Of a DNA stretch of 64,000 nt, positions 37,705 to 51,559 are shown one piece after another. The DNA lies in assembly GCA_011109175.1 (NCBI GenBank), contig RDEW01000044.1, positions 9,402 through 73,401 of the forward strand. The letters run 5' to 3'. The notes under the pieces were generated by a model that was not told where the DNA came from, ran no database searches, and saw only the letters and a program-made list of their open reading frames with translations. The translations under genes and the position numbers were made by a program. This DNA comes from Dicyema japonicum. Taxonomy: Eukaryota > Animalia > Dicyemida. Within the stretch, counting starts at the first letter, position 1. Every line of letters begins with the position of its first letter.

Positions 37705-40130
37705 TATTTATTTAACACCCCTAGACAACGGTAAAACCAAACTAACTATCACTTGATCCCGATGCGTTCTACCAAAATCCTCATCCTTTTTCGGTGCTCC
37801 TCCCTCATGCCCACACAAGCTCCTACTGGACGGCTGACTGTATTTGCAGGGCCACCTTTCCGCAAGCCGGAGTTTAGTTTCATGAGGACATCCAGAGTAG
37901 TCGGTCCGGTTCTGTGTCTCCCACAAGTCCACCGCTCCGTGACTCTGAAAGCCTTCTTTTGTACGTCCTCGATTTTCTTAGTATTCGTCCATGATAACGA
38001 AGGTCCCCACGAAGCACACGCGTACGAGAAGCATAGTTCAATGTATTGTATGTAGATATTCATCAAGACCGAGTGGGTACCGGTCTTCCATATTTTAGAT
38101 AAACATTTCAATACATTGATTTCCTTCTCGCACTTAAGAACAATGTTTGCCACGTGTGGTGACAAACATAAGTGCGTATCCAGTGTCACGACCAGGATCT
38201 TCTGACATTTGCTGAAAGGGATTTTAACGTTTTCCAATTTTAAGGTCTTCTCCAACCTTTCGTCCGAAGTAAACATAGACCGACTTTCTGGAATTTACCG
38301 TGAGTTGGTTATTAATAACCCAGGCGTTGAGTCGGTCCAAGTTAATTTGTAATCTTTCTGTAGCATTTTGGATATTTCGATCACGCGAGGCCAAAACAAT
38401 GTCGTCCGCATATGATAGTAGAACATCGTTCTTGGATTCTGGTGTCGGGAGGTCTGTCAGATATAAATTGAATAAGGCGGGGGATAAAGGAGATCCTTAG
38501 GGGAAACCGTTTGGGAGAAGACGTGAGACTGATTTCAGTCCTCCGAGGCATACACTTCCCCTCCGTCCACTTAGAAATTTGTTATCCAAAGTTTAAGCTT
38601 CCCCGGGATCTCCGACTGGAAAATTTTCTTTGATAATATTTTTCTCGAAATAGAATCAAAGGCCTTGTTAATATCAATGGAACATAAGACTGTTTTCAAA
38701 TGCTTTGGTTTGTTTGAAAATCCGTCTCTAATGAAGTTGGTTAATTTCTGTAGGTACGTTGATGTAGAACAATCGCTCTTGTATCCGTGTTGAAAATCCT
38801 TTTCTAATAAAAAAGCCTTGATTCTTCCAAGTACAAGCCTCTCCAGGATTTTCGATACGGAACATAACAATAACACAGGTCTAAATGATGCCGGGTCTTT
38901 CTTAAGTTTTCCAGGTTTCAGTATAGGTCGGATGTTGGCTTGCTTTCATAATAACGATTTTACATTCCAATTAATTGAATAGTTGAAAATCGACGTTAGA
39001 AAACTGACTCCCATATCTCAAAGGTTCTTCAATAACACTACTGGAATGTTGACTTCTCTCTTGATCTTCATCACAATCGGGTTATGATCGCTTCTTGTTT
39101 CATAGAAGACTGACCAGGTAATTTTCGATGAAAGTGATGTGGAACAGAGTGCTACGTCAGGAGAGGTAGGCTGGTCCGTCTCTCTGAGTGGGGTCTTTGT
39201 ATTTCTCGCTGAGTTATTCAGTATCGTTAGGGAGTCCGTTTTCCATAACAATTGCTTCCCTCTCGTGTCGGCCTGTTGGGTTGACAACCATAAGGGGTGT
39301 TTTGAGTTTAAATCTCCACATTTGATGATCTCCTCGTAGATAGCCAATCTTGATAAATTTGGAATAACATAGTACTTTGGAGAGGAGCCGGGAAGAGACA
39401 AGTAGATATTCACGAGGCACAGACTTCCTTTCGTTGTCCCAAGCGAGATTCCAACTGCCTCAGTAACCTCGTCGTTTCCAACAAGTTTTCTCACTTCCGA
39501 AGTAATGTCTCTGCATTTCAGGTTCTTTTTGAATAGAGTAAGTAGTCCGCCCCCTCTTCTCTTTTTGCGGTCCATCCTGATAGCCTCGTATCCAGGGAAT
39601 GAAGGAGTGGGATCATTCATGCGGAGTTTAGTTTCTTGGATCATAGCCACGTCGATCTTCTGATTTGCCAGAATTGAACGGAGTTCCCTGACCTTGCCTT
39701 TAGTTCCGTTGATGTTCAATTGGAGAGCAGTAAATTTCCTTTCTCCACAGTGGGCTGAGGGTTTTCTCCAGGAATGTTTAGACTTTTTTTGAACACATCG
39801 CCGGGGGGTCGATAATGACCCCGAGAGGAAAGGGTCTAATGGTCCTTTTTTGGGAGTGCATTAGAAGCTCTCTGGGCGTTGCCAAATGCTTTTGAATTTT
39901 TTGAATTGATGGACCACATAACGCCACGTTACACACGCTACAATGACTAATTGTGTACACAACGAGGGACACGTGGTCACAACGAGGATTTCGAAGTGCT
40001 CCGTTCAAGAGAACTGTCCGGTCTAATTTAATCGAAGGTGGCACCCATACAGCCATCAGGGCAATTTCCTCAAGTTTGATTGCATCAAACGATGAAATTC
40101 TCTACGAAATATGGAATTTTCCCCTAGTAG
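37705..40130 (-). mobile_element. Ingi/Vingi-like (I-group) LINE, near full length and decayed
   Basis: Cys-rich N-terminus; APE (NINGTKGK..IQETKL..CGDLNSKH..SPDVAL..SDHNPI); RT (RPVLLL..FQHGY..DINKAFDS..YADD); (taaa)n tail. Confidence 0.85.
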
Positions 40131-40139
40131 CAGTGGCGG

Positions 40140-41290
40140 GCTCGACGGAATGAGACCTGGCTACCTGAAGTATCTAACCTCTTTGTCTGTAGAAGAGCAG
40201 AACTTCGTCTTACTAATTCAATTACTTCACTTATGAATTGGATCATGTCTGGAGTTCTTCCCGAAGTTATCCGCCATGTCCTGTTCTCCACCAATTTGAT
40301 ATCCTTTGATAAGAAGGGAGGCGGAGTACGACCAATTGCGGTCGCGTTTTTCTTCAGAAGACTGATTGATAAAATTGCCTCCAGACATTCTATTCCACTC
40401 GTCACAAAATTCTTGAACCTTTCAAGTATTCGCCTGGATGCTGTCCATTCAATGAGGACATTCACAAACCGCAGTATAAAAGAATCCCGGGGACATGTCC
40501 TGGTCAAACTGGACATCAAGAACGCCTTCAATAGTCTAAGGAGGGACAATATCCTGGAGGCGTGTGTTGAGAGATGCCCTAATATTTTCGAATTTGTGAA
40601 TCAGTCATACAGTCTACCTTCATCTTTACTTTTCGGGGACTACCTAATCCATTCGTATTCTGGAGTGCAACAGGGAGATCCCCTTGGACCCCTATTGTTT
40701 TGTCTTGCAATGGAGAAAATCACCAAACTTCCGTGCTCGCCCCTCAACCTATGGTATCTGGATGATGCGGTCCTCGGAGGACCCCCGGATACTGTTTTCC
40801 GGGATTTGGAAGTGATAATTCCAGCATTGTTGGAGGCTGGACTAGAATAAAATTACACTAAATGCGAAATCTACAATTGCGGACTTTCAGAGGAGAAGTA
40901 TTCATAAGCTTTGTCATGTTTCGGAAATTTACTGCCTGGAAGTATTTCCACACCCGATGAAGAACTTATATTCCTCGGATACCGGATCACCATAAATGCA
41001 ATGGGAAGAGCTATACGTGAAAAACGACTGTTACTCGAAGAGACTCTGAACCGCTTGTGTCTACTCGACATGCATACAGCATTATTCCTCCTGAAAAACA
41101 GTCACAACATACAGAGGCTTGCATATGTCCTAGGACTGCTCCCTATTTCACCCTGTATGACCAACTCACATAGATTAACGAGATCTTCCGTACGACAGCG
41201 GAACTTATCTTCAAGAAGCGATGGACATCACTTATTGATTCTCTATCGCCAAATACACCCGAGACACTGATATGGAGGAAAATTAAATAT
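40140..41290 (+). mobile_element. CRE-clade RT fragment
   Basis: GMRPGYLK..NLISFDKKGGGVRPIAV..KLDIKNAFNSL..GVQQGDPLGPLLF..WYLDDAVLGG. Confidence 0.85.
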
Positions 41291-42855
41291 TTGAGACGTT
41301 GCAATGAAGGCTCTGAAAAAGTCCTCCACGGACAGGGATGTAGCAACATCGACCCAAATATTTTAATGAAGCACTATGTCGCGATCAGCCATAAAAATTT
41401 CTCGAGGGAACACAGAGTCTACAAGAAGTTGTATCCATCATATGATTTGATTGTCTTTACTCCAAAAGAAGTTCGAAATGCAATCATGGATGTCAAAAAC
41501 TCCAGTTCCCGAGGTGCTGACAATGTCTCGATGATGGAACTGAAACACCTTGGTGAAAAAGCAACCAAATTCCTATCATACGTTTATACTATATCTGTGA
41601 ACAATAATATGATATTTTCTATATCGAAGAAATCCATAATTCTGTCAATTCGGAAGCCAAACAAGCCTGCAAACGATCCCTCTTCTTATCGTCCAATTGC
41701 AATACTATGTGCAATGTCCCGAATTTTAGAAAAATTAATCTTAACACGAATCAAAAATAGTGTACCAAATCGAGTATTCCAGCATGGATTCCGTGAAAAT
41801 CATTCTACTACGACTCACTTAACAAAATTAACTCTACATATTTCTGATGGATTCTCTTATCCAAAACCACATAAAAGGAGCATAATGGCTTCAATAGACT
41901 TGAAGAAAGCATTCGACTCCGTTTCCCTTTGGTCTGGGACGCAACTTGCATAGACACGTTTTCAAGCACGAACATTTTTAGATCGGTTCAGACACCTGGA
42001 GCAGCTGCTTCGACTGCGGAAAACCTAAAAATCAAGAAATATTCTTGCCTCGAGGATCGCTACCGTTTAGATCGCTACGTAAAAATTTTTGTTTAAGAAA
42101 ATAAATAAATATATTTCTGACCACTAATCCAAAACCACATAAAAGGACCATAATTGCTTCTATAGACATGAAGAAAGCATTCGACTCCGTTTCCTGGACG
42201 CTGAAAATTTCTAACACTCTTATAAATCCAAACATTAAAAGATGGCTGTCGAACTTTTTAAGTGGAAGAAGAGGACAAGTGATGTCAGACAACAGAAAAT
42301 CTAAATCCCGTTTATTGCCGAATGGTGTCCCTCAAGGTTCACCTCTCTCTCCCCTGCTCTTCAACCTGTATACCAATGACCTCCCACCAACGACGATCCC
42401 TATACATTAATACTCTCATATGCAGATGACATTGTTATTTCAACGAGAGACTCTAACTATGAGAAGGCAGGGATAAAACTTCAAAGTTATATTAGTATGC
42501 TGGAACATTGGCTCACATCAAATCGACTGGAAGTTTCTACAGGAAAGTCGTTTATAACAATTTTCTCTACATATATAAGATCATTATCAAATTGTTTGGA
42601 TATGAAATTTCTATGAATAAGTCTCCAACAATACTAGGATTAAAGTTGGATACTCTCCTGACATTCGGCCAACATGTCAATGACGTTATTACCAAAGTCA
42701 GGAGAAGGACCAACATATTGAAAATTTTGTCCCGATCACCAATCGGGCACAAAACCTTCTTACTACAGAAAATTTACAGACAATACATACTGCCAGTAAT
42801 CGAATATGCATGTCCCTCCTGGAGCTCGATGATTTCTGAATCGTCGTCTCAAAAA
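41291..42855 (+). mobile_element. I-group LINE RT, interrupted by a CRE fragment
   Basis: SYRPIAILC..FQHGFR..DLKKAFDSV..GVPQGSPLSP..YADD..PTILGLKLD..YACPSW. Confidence 0.85.
41927..42126 (+). mobile_element. Short CRE RLE fragment + tail, flanked by a 68-bp direct duplication
   Basis: Matches 12790-12925. Flanks 41859-41926 and 42127-42194 are 64/68 identical. Confidence 0.7.
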
Positions 42856-42894
42856 NNNNNNNNNNNNNNNNNNNNNNNNNNNNNNNNNNNNNNN
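42856..42894. other. Assembly gap
   Basis: N run. Confidence 1.
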
Positions 42895-43149
42895 GCTTCA
42901 AGGTAAACAATGAAGAGGACCGGGGATAGCGAGTCCCCCTGTGGAACTCCCCGTGAAGTCGGAAAAAAGTTGGAGGTACATTTGCCAAATTTGACAGAAA
43001 ATGAGTGTTCTGCATGAGCAGGCGTATTATTTAACGTCGTCTGGGTGAAGAAAACTTTTCAGTACTTCCATAAGTTTTCCCCGATGTACCGAATCGAATG
43101 CACGGGGCATATTAATGTCAAGTAAAAATGATCAATAAGCATAAATGAT

Positions 43150-44583
43150 CAATAAATACACTATGTATTTTAATAACGGTAAAAATGGAATTTTCATAAA
43201 CCACTTGTGGAAAGAGAAAACTTATGCATGATGGCTATGCGTACATTATGGATAGACAATGTCATATATTAGTAATATGAGCTGAAAGGAAAATGCAAAG
43301 GCAGAGTAAGAACTGTTAACGAAGAACGTAATGGAACTATGACACCACATGAACATCCACCAAATGCAGGACGTTTACATCACTGAAAACCGTCAATACG
43401 ATAAAAAAGAGAGCGAGAGATTCTGAAGAAACTACATCCAAAGTTATCCAAAATTGTTTAAGCACATACCCTATTGATGCTGATTGTGCGCTACCTAAAA
43501 AAACCCTTGCACGTACTGTTCGACGACAGCGTACAGATCAAATACAAGACGGTAATGTTCTTACTGATGAACTTAAAAGTACTCTCAGAGAAGATGATTT
43601 TGTGCTACATGATAGTGATGGATTGCTTATACTAACAACAGCAAGAAACCTTGATCTTATGTCTATGAAAGAACATTGGTTATGTGATGGTATGAACATT
43701 GGTTCAGCTCCATTAGGTTTTCAGTTGTACACATGTTACATTATGTAAACATGCACGGTTCCATTAGTGTACGCTATTGCTCGAGAAAAATCTCAAAAGA
43801 GAAAAGGCACAATTGAATCCACTATCATTTACCATAGATTATGAGCGAGCAATGATCAATGCTATCAACAGAATTTTTTAAATGCAAATGTGTATGGCTG
43901 CTACTTTCACTTTGGGCAGTGTTTATTGCGAAAAATACAAAATCTAAGACTGCAGGTGTGGTATAATGACCCAGCAAATGCAAACTAAATTAAAAGTATT
44001 CAAGCACTAGCATTTGTTCCTTTACCTCAAGTCATTGAGGGTTTCCGAGCGCTCCTTGAAACTATAGATGACGAGACTGATGACATGTTGAGAGATTTTC
44101 TGACCTATTTTGAGACAACATGGATCGGAGCCTTGCAACGTGGAAGGAGAAGAAGACCATTGTTTAATTTAGAAATGTGGATTGTATACGACGAACAAGC
44201 AGAAGGCCTCCCAATAACTACGAATTCACTTGAAGGATGGCACAGATCTTTTTAACAAAGAGTGTCTATAAAACATCCAACCGTTTTTTGGCATGTTGCA
44301 AAAATACGAAAAGAACAGTCAGAGTGGGAGCTCACAGTAGAACAAGTGATGGCCGGAATAACAATAAGACAAGTAAAGAAGTACCAGGATGTGAACAAAA
44401 GGATACACAGTATTATTGGAAAATATGATAAATAGACTCCAGTTGAATTTTTGACTGCCCTTTCTCATAACCTTTAATTAAATGTATTTATCTTGAAATT
44501 TATCTCTGAATTTTAAAACCAAACTTTCCTGACGGCTAAATGTCCTGTCGGCCTAATATCTATCGGCCAAATGTCTGGACACC
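43150..44583 (+). mobile_element. MULE remnant with C-terminus and subterminal repeats
   Basis: As 33930-34955, plus EGLPITTNSLEGWHRSF and 'cggctaaatgtcc..cggccaaatgtctggacacc' end repeats. Confidence 0.85.
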
Positions 44584-44639
44584 CTTTGGTTGGGGGGTTA
44601 GGAATTTGTTCACTTTGTTTTTTATCCGGTGTAATGCAA

Positions 44640-45450
44640 TGAGAGACAGTGTTTTGCGTATGGAAGTTAGTAGAATTATTGGTCTAAGGTTGCAAAGGGG
44701 ACCTTTCCCTTATTTTTTAGTGGTATTAGCCAGCATCCTTTTAGTTCCAACGTAGTGTCTTCTTGGAGAGACCGATTGAAAACATTAGTGATCATTTTGT
44801 CTAGCTCCTTTGGGGCATGTTTTAAAAGTTCAGCTGGGATATTATCTGGTCCTGCATATCTTCCGGTGTTCAGTTTTTTAATTGTTTGAAGAGTTTCCGA
44901 AATGCTTTTTGGGTGCAATATAGTGGATTTGTCAGGTTTCAGTGGTTTTATTGTGTAATCAGTTTCGCTGATGTTGAATGGATGATCAAAATGCGAAGCT
45001 ATTGTAGTAGCTTTGTTAAGGTCTCCAATGACAGTACGGCCGAGGTTATCGTGGACAGAGATCGGGGCCGAACTCCTCCCTCTGTTAAGGAAGCGAATTG
45101 CATTAAACATCCTTGGTCAGTCTTTATATTTCGTTATTTCGGACATTTGATTTTCTGCTTCACTTCTGGCTAGGAATTTTTGTATTTGTTTGATCTTTAT
45201 TAGGACTCTGCCTCTCTGGGTGCGGAGCTCGTTGATTTTTTCCGGTGCACTTGTATTTTCGGATTGGAGCCATGAATTACAGAAAGTTGTCTGATATCCT
45301 AACTTCTTTGTTTGTGACTAGGTTTGAGGGTTGGACCCAAAACACTAGAGGCTGCTTTTTGTATAGCAACTACTATTTCCTCCCATATTTTATTTGCTGG
45401 TTTTTTATATTGTTGATGTTAATGGTGTTAATGCTATTCCTCAGAGTTAT
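44640..45450 (-). mobile_element. LINE fragment between APE and RT
   Basis: IKKLNTGRYAGPDNIPAELLKHAP..LIPLKNKGK; related to 59560-60230. Confidence 0.7.
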
Positions 45451-45965
45451 TTTTTAATTAGTGATTTTTTATTAGGAAAGTTATAAGTTTGGAAAAACAG
45501 TCGACCGTATGTTTGCGAAGGTCGGGGATTTTGTGAGAATAAAAAACAAAAAATGGCACTTGGCAACAATCACAGGATTTATTGCCTCTAAATATGCAAT
45601 TGCCGACAGGGAAAGCAGAGGAAATATTTATTTAATAAATTTTATTGCAGAACACTATACTCTATTATGTTCAAATATATGGATGAACCAAATGTCGACC
45701 TATCTACTTCCTCAGAATGGTTATCCAAGGAAAATAACGGCCCACGGAGCGAAGCATTGTACTGTCTTCTGCAAGATAGGAATTTGTTTTTCGCACACAC
45801 GGGGTCATTATGCAACCATTGCAAAAAAAACAGGAAACTGTAGATCAGTTGGCCACTCAGTGTAGTAAAATACTAAACAGTGATTATCTCCGAAGACATA
45901 ATGAAGTGGTAAAGTGTATCTATCTTCATCTTTGTCGAGTTTATGGAATCAAAAGAAGCAGAAAT

Positions 45966-46278
45966 GGGCATAGTGGTTAGGCGTCGGGCTAAAGTGACTT
46001 ATGTTACGGGTTCGATTCTCACTGCTGTTCACCTGGTAAAAGGTTCCACGCATCTACGATGCTAAAATGGCTTGACGAGTGACGCCGTCATCAGTGGATA
46101 CTCACTGCGGAACTAGATTGTCTAGAAAGGAACCACACACAAGAAAAAGAAAAAAGAAGTTAAGATCATTCTTTGGTTCTACGATTAGCTAAAATTAACT
46201 GTTCTTTACTTAAATAAAGTGTGTGTCCCTGCCTATGTGGAACTATAAATATTATGTCTCTCGTGAAAAGGCTATTAT
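45966..46278 (+). mobile_element. tRNA-derived SINE (duplicate)
   Basis: Essentially identical to 35548-35860. Confidence 0.8.
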
Positions 46279-47889
46279 ATCTAAAAACTTGTCATTGTCT
46301 GCGCCTTATTAGGATTTTTTCCATTTTCCGACCGATAGCGTAACTTTATATTCATTAACATGGGATAAGGGTAAATATATTTTTGGATAAAAGAACATCT
46401 TAAAAGTCACAATAAGATCGGGTTTTTAGATCCTAAAGACCAAGACGAAGAAGAGCTGTTTCAGGATCTTCTAAATATATTCCTGTAGGGGCCATCAGAA
46501 CCAGAAATTGCACCAATAGATAATTTTTATTGAATCCTTAAAAAATTTTTTTATGAAGAGAGAGTAGAAGACCTGATATCTTTGATAATGCCTATCATTA
46601 CACGGACAATCTCTATGTTCCATTATCCCTCACTTGTCATTTCTCAATCCGATTGAGAATTTATTCAGTACGTGGAAAAACTACATGTTTCCGAAGGTGT
46701 TGAAAATGAGAAAATTAAAAAAAAAAGTTTGTTTTTAACCTTAAAAAATTTAGTAACTCATAGCTCTAATTGTTCATAACAGTTTCGTTAATTATTCTCC
46801 TCCAAATAGTCCTGTTTCTTGCTTTTTCTCTTAAGTAGTCAATGTTTTCAAGTTCTTTCCGATATTTTTCAGTTCCTGGTTAAAAATAAATGGTATTATA
46901 GCTCTTGACGTTCTACGGAATCCTCCTCCGCTTTGCGTGCAGTATGTTTCCATTGCAATATTTGCCGAAATATTTATTTCCATTCGTGATTTCAAGATAT
47001 CCATCGATAGTTTGTGATATTTGCTACAGTTGTATAGATCCGAGTTCGAGATCTTTACCGGATATCGTATCTTTAGTGCGGCATGGAGCTGGGATCTATA
47101 GAAGTTGTACAGTCCCGTGCAAATGTTACCGCCAGGGTCAAGTAATTCATAAGATAAGCAAAAAATGTTACTTTTATTTGATAATTTTTATTATTTTAAA
47201 AAGCAAATATGCTTTTTAAATTTTAGCCAACCTAATCAATTTTTTATTTTTTTATTTCATCCCTTAAAAATGGGATTTTTCCACTTTTTATTTTTTTAAT
47301 GAATAAAAAGTGGAAAAATCCAATTAAGCCGTGCATATGTTACCGCCAGGGTCAAGTAATTCATAAGATAAGCAATTTTTATTTTTTAATGAAAATTAAG
47401 CCGTGCATATGTGAATAAAATTGTACGCTTTAGTTGAGTAGAAACTCTAGTACTTCTGGGTTAGATGAAAATCTGACTCCTGTTAGAGAATATATATTCT
47501 TCGGAATAATTTTAATATACATTCATTATAAAGATCACATAATTAGTTTTATTCTGATTTACAAAACAGCTACTCGGTCAGACCAGATTCGAGTTAAATG
47601 AGATTGTGAAGGGCAGCAAATCCATTGTGAAGACACCTAACCACTATGCCACCCGGCTAACCATGGAATGATCTTCATTTCTTTTTTTCTTTTTGTTAGG
47701 TATGTCCTATTTATTAACCCCGGATACACCGAGAAATAAGTTAAAGTAAACAACTAATTAAGTGTATCCAGTTTCCACTTCTACAGAAACAGAGTCCATC
47801 CGGAATCAACATAAAGGGTAAAAGACGTCCATACTTGCAGTTGTGTAAACCCCTCCAGTGGAGTAGGGGTGTGTCCTATGCCAATCATT

Positions 47890-50010
47890 TATTTATTTAA
47901 CACCCCTAGACAACGGTAAAACCAAACTAACTATCACTTGATCCCGATGCGTTCCACCAAAATCCTCATCCTTTCCCGGTGCTCCTCCCTCATGCCCACA
48001 CAAGCTCGTACTGGGCGGCTGACTGTATTTGCAGGGCCACCTTTCCGCATGCCGGAGTTTAGTTTTATGAGGGCCTCCAGAGTAGTCGGTCCGGTTCTGT
48101 GTCTCCCACAAGTCCACCGCTCCGTGACTCTGAAAGCCTTCTTTTGTACGTCCTCGATTTTCTTAGTATTCGTCCATGATAATGAAGGTCCCCACGAAGC
48201 ACACGCGTACGAGAAGCATGGTTCAATGTATTGTTTGTAGATATTCATCAAGACCGGGTGGGTACCGGTCTTCCATATTCCAGATAAACATTTCAATACA
48301 TTGATTTTCTTCTCGCACTTCAGAACAATGTTTGCCACGTGTGGTGACAAACATAAGTGCGTATCCAGTGTCACGACCAGGATCTTCTGACATTTGCTGA
48401 AAGGGATTTCAACGTTTTCCAATTTTAAGGTGACAGTCTTCTCCAACCTTTCGTCCGAAGTAAACATAGACCGACTTTCTGGAATTTACCGTGAGTTGGT
48501 TATTAATAACCCAGTTAATTTGTAATCTTTCGGTAGCATATTGAATATCTCGATCGCGCGATGCTAAAACAATGTCGTCCGCATATGAGAGTAGAACATC
48601 GTTATTGGATTTCGGTGTCTGGAGGTCGGCCAGGTATAAATTGAATAAAGCGGGGGATAAAAGAGATCCTTGGGGGACACCGTTTGGGAGAAGACGCGAG
48701 ACTGAGTTCAGCCCTCCGAGGCATACACGTCCCCTCCGTGAGTATAGTCATCCTATGGAAAAGTTTCTTCGCCCTGTGAATATTTCGGATGGCTTTCCAC
48801 ATTTCTAGAATTGTCCAAGTAAAGTATTTGATCGCATTTTCTAGAGATTTGAAGCTGTCCAAGTAACAATTCTTCAGTCTATCATCCGAGATTGCGCGAT
48901 ACAATTCCCAATTAGCAGCTTTGTAATTATAACTAGTAGGTGTTCTCCTCACTTTGACTTCTCTCTTGATCTTCATCACAATCGGGTTATGATCGCTTCT
49001 TGTTTCGTAGAATAATGACCAGGTAATTTTCGATGAAAGTGATGTGGAACAGAGTGCTACGTCAGGAGAGGTAGGCTGGCCCGTCTCTCTGAGTGGGGTC
49101 CTTGTATTTCTCGCTGGGTCATTCAGTATGGTTAGGGAGTCCGTTTTCAACAACAATAGCTTCCTTCTCGTGTTGGCCTATTGGGTTGACAACCATAAGG
49201 GGTGCTTTGCGTTTAAATCTCCACATATGATGATCTCCTCGTAGATAGCCAATCTTTGGGCAGGAGCCGGGAGGAGGTAAGTAGATATTCACGAGGCACA
49301 GACTTCCTTTCGTTGTCCCAAGCGAAATTCCAATTGCCTCAGTAACCTCGTCATTTCCAACAAGTTTCTCACTTCCGAGGTAATGTCTCTGCATTTCAGG
49401 TTCTTTTTGAATAGAGTAAGTAGTCCACCCCCTCTTCTCTTTTTATGGTCTATCCTGATAGCCTCGTATCCAGGGAATGAAGGAGTGGGATCATTCATGC
49501 GGAGTTTATTTTCTTGAATCATGGCCACGTCAATCTTCTGATTTGCCAGGATTGAACGGAGTTCCCTGACCTTGCCTTTAATTCCATTGATGTTCAATTC
49601 GAGAGCAGTAATTTTCCTTTCTCCACAGTGGGCTGAGGGTTTTCTCCGGGAATGTTTAGACTTTTTTTGAGCACATAGCCGGGGGTCGATAATGACCCCT
49701 AGAGGAAAGGGTCTAATGGTCTTTTTTGGGAGTGCATTAGAAGCCCTCTGGGCGTTGCCAAATGCTTTTGAATTTTTTGAATTGATGGACCACATAACGT
49801 CACGTTACACACGCTACAATGACTAATTGTGTTCACAACGAGGGACACGTGGTCACAACGAGGATTTCGAAGTGCTCCGTTCAAAAGAACTGTCCGGTCG
49901 AATTTAATCGAAGGTGCACCCACACAGCCATCAGGGCAATTTCCTCAAGTGTGATTGCATCAAACGATGAAATTCTCCTCGAAATACGGAATTTTCCTTT
50001 AGTAGCAGTG
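47890..50010 (-). mobile_element. Ingi/Vingi-like LINE, copy 2 (different internal deletions)
   Basis: Homologous to 37705-40130. Confidence 0.85.
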
Positions 50011-50014
50011 GCGG

Positions 50015-50676
50015 GCTCGACGGAATGAGACCTGGCTACCTGAAGTATCTAACCTCTTTGTCTGTAGAAGAGCAGGACTTCGTCTTACTAATTCAAATAC
50101 TTCACTTATGAATTGGATCATGTCTGGAGTTCTTCCCGAAGTTATCCGTTATGTCCTGTTCTCCACCAATTTGATATCCTTTGATAAGAAGGGAGGCGGA
50201 GTACGACCAGTTGCGGTCGCGTTTTTCTTCAGAAGACTGATTGATAAAATTGCCTCCAGACATTCTATTCCACTCGTCACAAAATTCTTGAACCCCTCAA
50301 GTATTCGCCTGGATGCTGTCCATTCAATGAGGACATTCACAAACCGCAGTATAAAAGAATCCTGGGGACATGTCCTGGTCAAACTGGACATCAAGAACGC
50401 CTTCAATAGTCTAAGGAGGGACAATATTTTGGAGGCGTGTGTTGAGAGATGCCCTAATATTTTCGAATTTGTGAATGTCATACAGCCTACCTTCATCCTT
50501 ACTTTTCGGGGACTACCTAATCCATTCGTATGCTGGAGTGCAACAGGGAGATCCCCTTGAACCCCTAGTGTTTTGTCTTGCAATAGAGAAAATCACCAAA
50601 CTTCTGTGCTCGCCTCTCAACCTATTGTATCTGGATGATGCGGTCCTCGGAGGACCCCCGGATACTGTTTTCCGGG
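50015..50676 (+). mobile_element. CRE-clade RT fragment, copy 2
   Basis: Homologous to 40140-40803; runs into the gap. Confidence 0.85.
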
Positions 50677-51559
50677 NNNNNNNNNNNNNNNNNNNNNNNN
50701 NNNNNNNNNNNNNNNNNNNNNNNNNNNNNNNNNNNNNNNNNNNNNNNNNNNNNNNNNNNNNNNNNNNNNNNNNNNNNNNNNNNNNNNNNNNNNNNNNNNN
50801 NNNNNNNNNNNNNNNNNNNNNNNNNNNNNNNNNNNNNNNNNNNNNNNNNNNNNNNNNNNNNNNNNNNNNNNNNNNNNNNNNNNNNNNNNNNNNNNNNNNN
50901 NNNNNNNNNNNNNNNNNNNNNNNNNNNNNNNNNNNNNNNNNNNNNNNNNNNNNNNNNNNNNNNNNNNNNNNNNNNNNNNNNNNNNNNNNNNNNNNNNNNN
51001 NNNNNNNNNNNNNNNNNNNNNNNNNNNNNNNNNNNNNNNNNNNNNNNNNNNNNNNNNNNNNNNNNNNNNNNNNNNNNNNNNNNNNNNNNNNNNNNNNNNN
51101 NNNNNNNNNNNNNNNNNNNNNNNNNNNNNNNNNNNNNNNNNNNNNNNNNNNNNNNNNNNNNNNNNNNNNNNNNNNNNNNNNNNNNNNNNNNNNNNNNNNN
51201 NNNNNNNNNNNNNNNNNNNNNNNNNNNNNNNNNNNNNNNNNNNNNNNNNNNNNNNNNNNNNNNNNNNNNNNNNNNNNNNNNNNNNNNNNNNNNNNNNNNN
51301 NNNNNNNNNNNNNNNNNNNNNNNNNNNNNNNNNNNNNNNNNNNNNNNNNNNNNNNNNNNNNNNNNNNNNNNNNNNNNNNNNNNNNNNNNNNNNNNNNNNN
51401 NNNNNNNNNNNNNNNNNNNNNNNNNNNNNNNNNNNNNNNNNNNNNNNNNNNNNNNNNNNNNNNNNNNNNNNNNNNNNNNNNNNNNNNNNNNNNNNNNNNN
51501 NNNNNNNNNNNNNNNNNNNNNNNNNNNNNNNNNNNNNNNNNNNNNNNNNNNNNNNNNNN
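50677..51559. other. Assembly gap
   Basis: N run. Confidence 1.

Larger units (their letters stand above)
33659..40803 (+). repeat. ~7 kb duplicated block, copy 1
   Basis: Colinear with 42895-50676. Confidence 0.9.
42895..50676 (+). repeat. ~7 kb duplicated block, copy 2 (extra ~1.25 kb at 44190-45450)
   Basis: Same order of RTE, MULE, RLE, SINE, Tc1, LINE and CRE pieces as 33659-40803; bounded by gaps on both sides. Confidence 0.9.
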
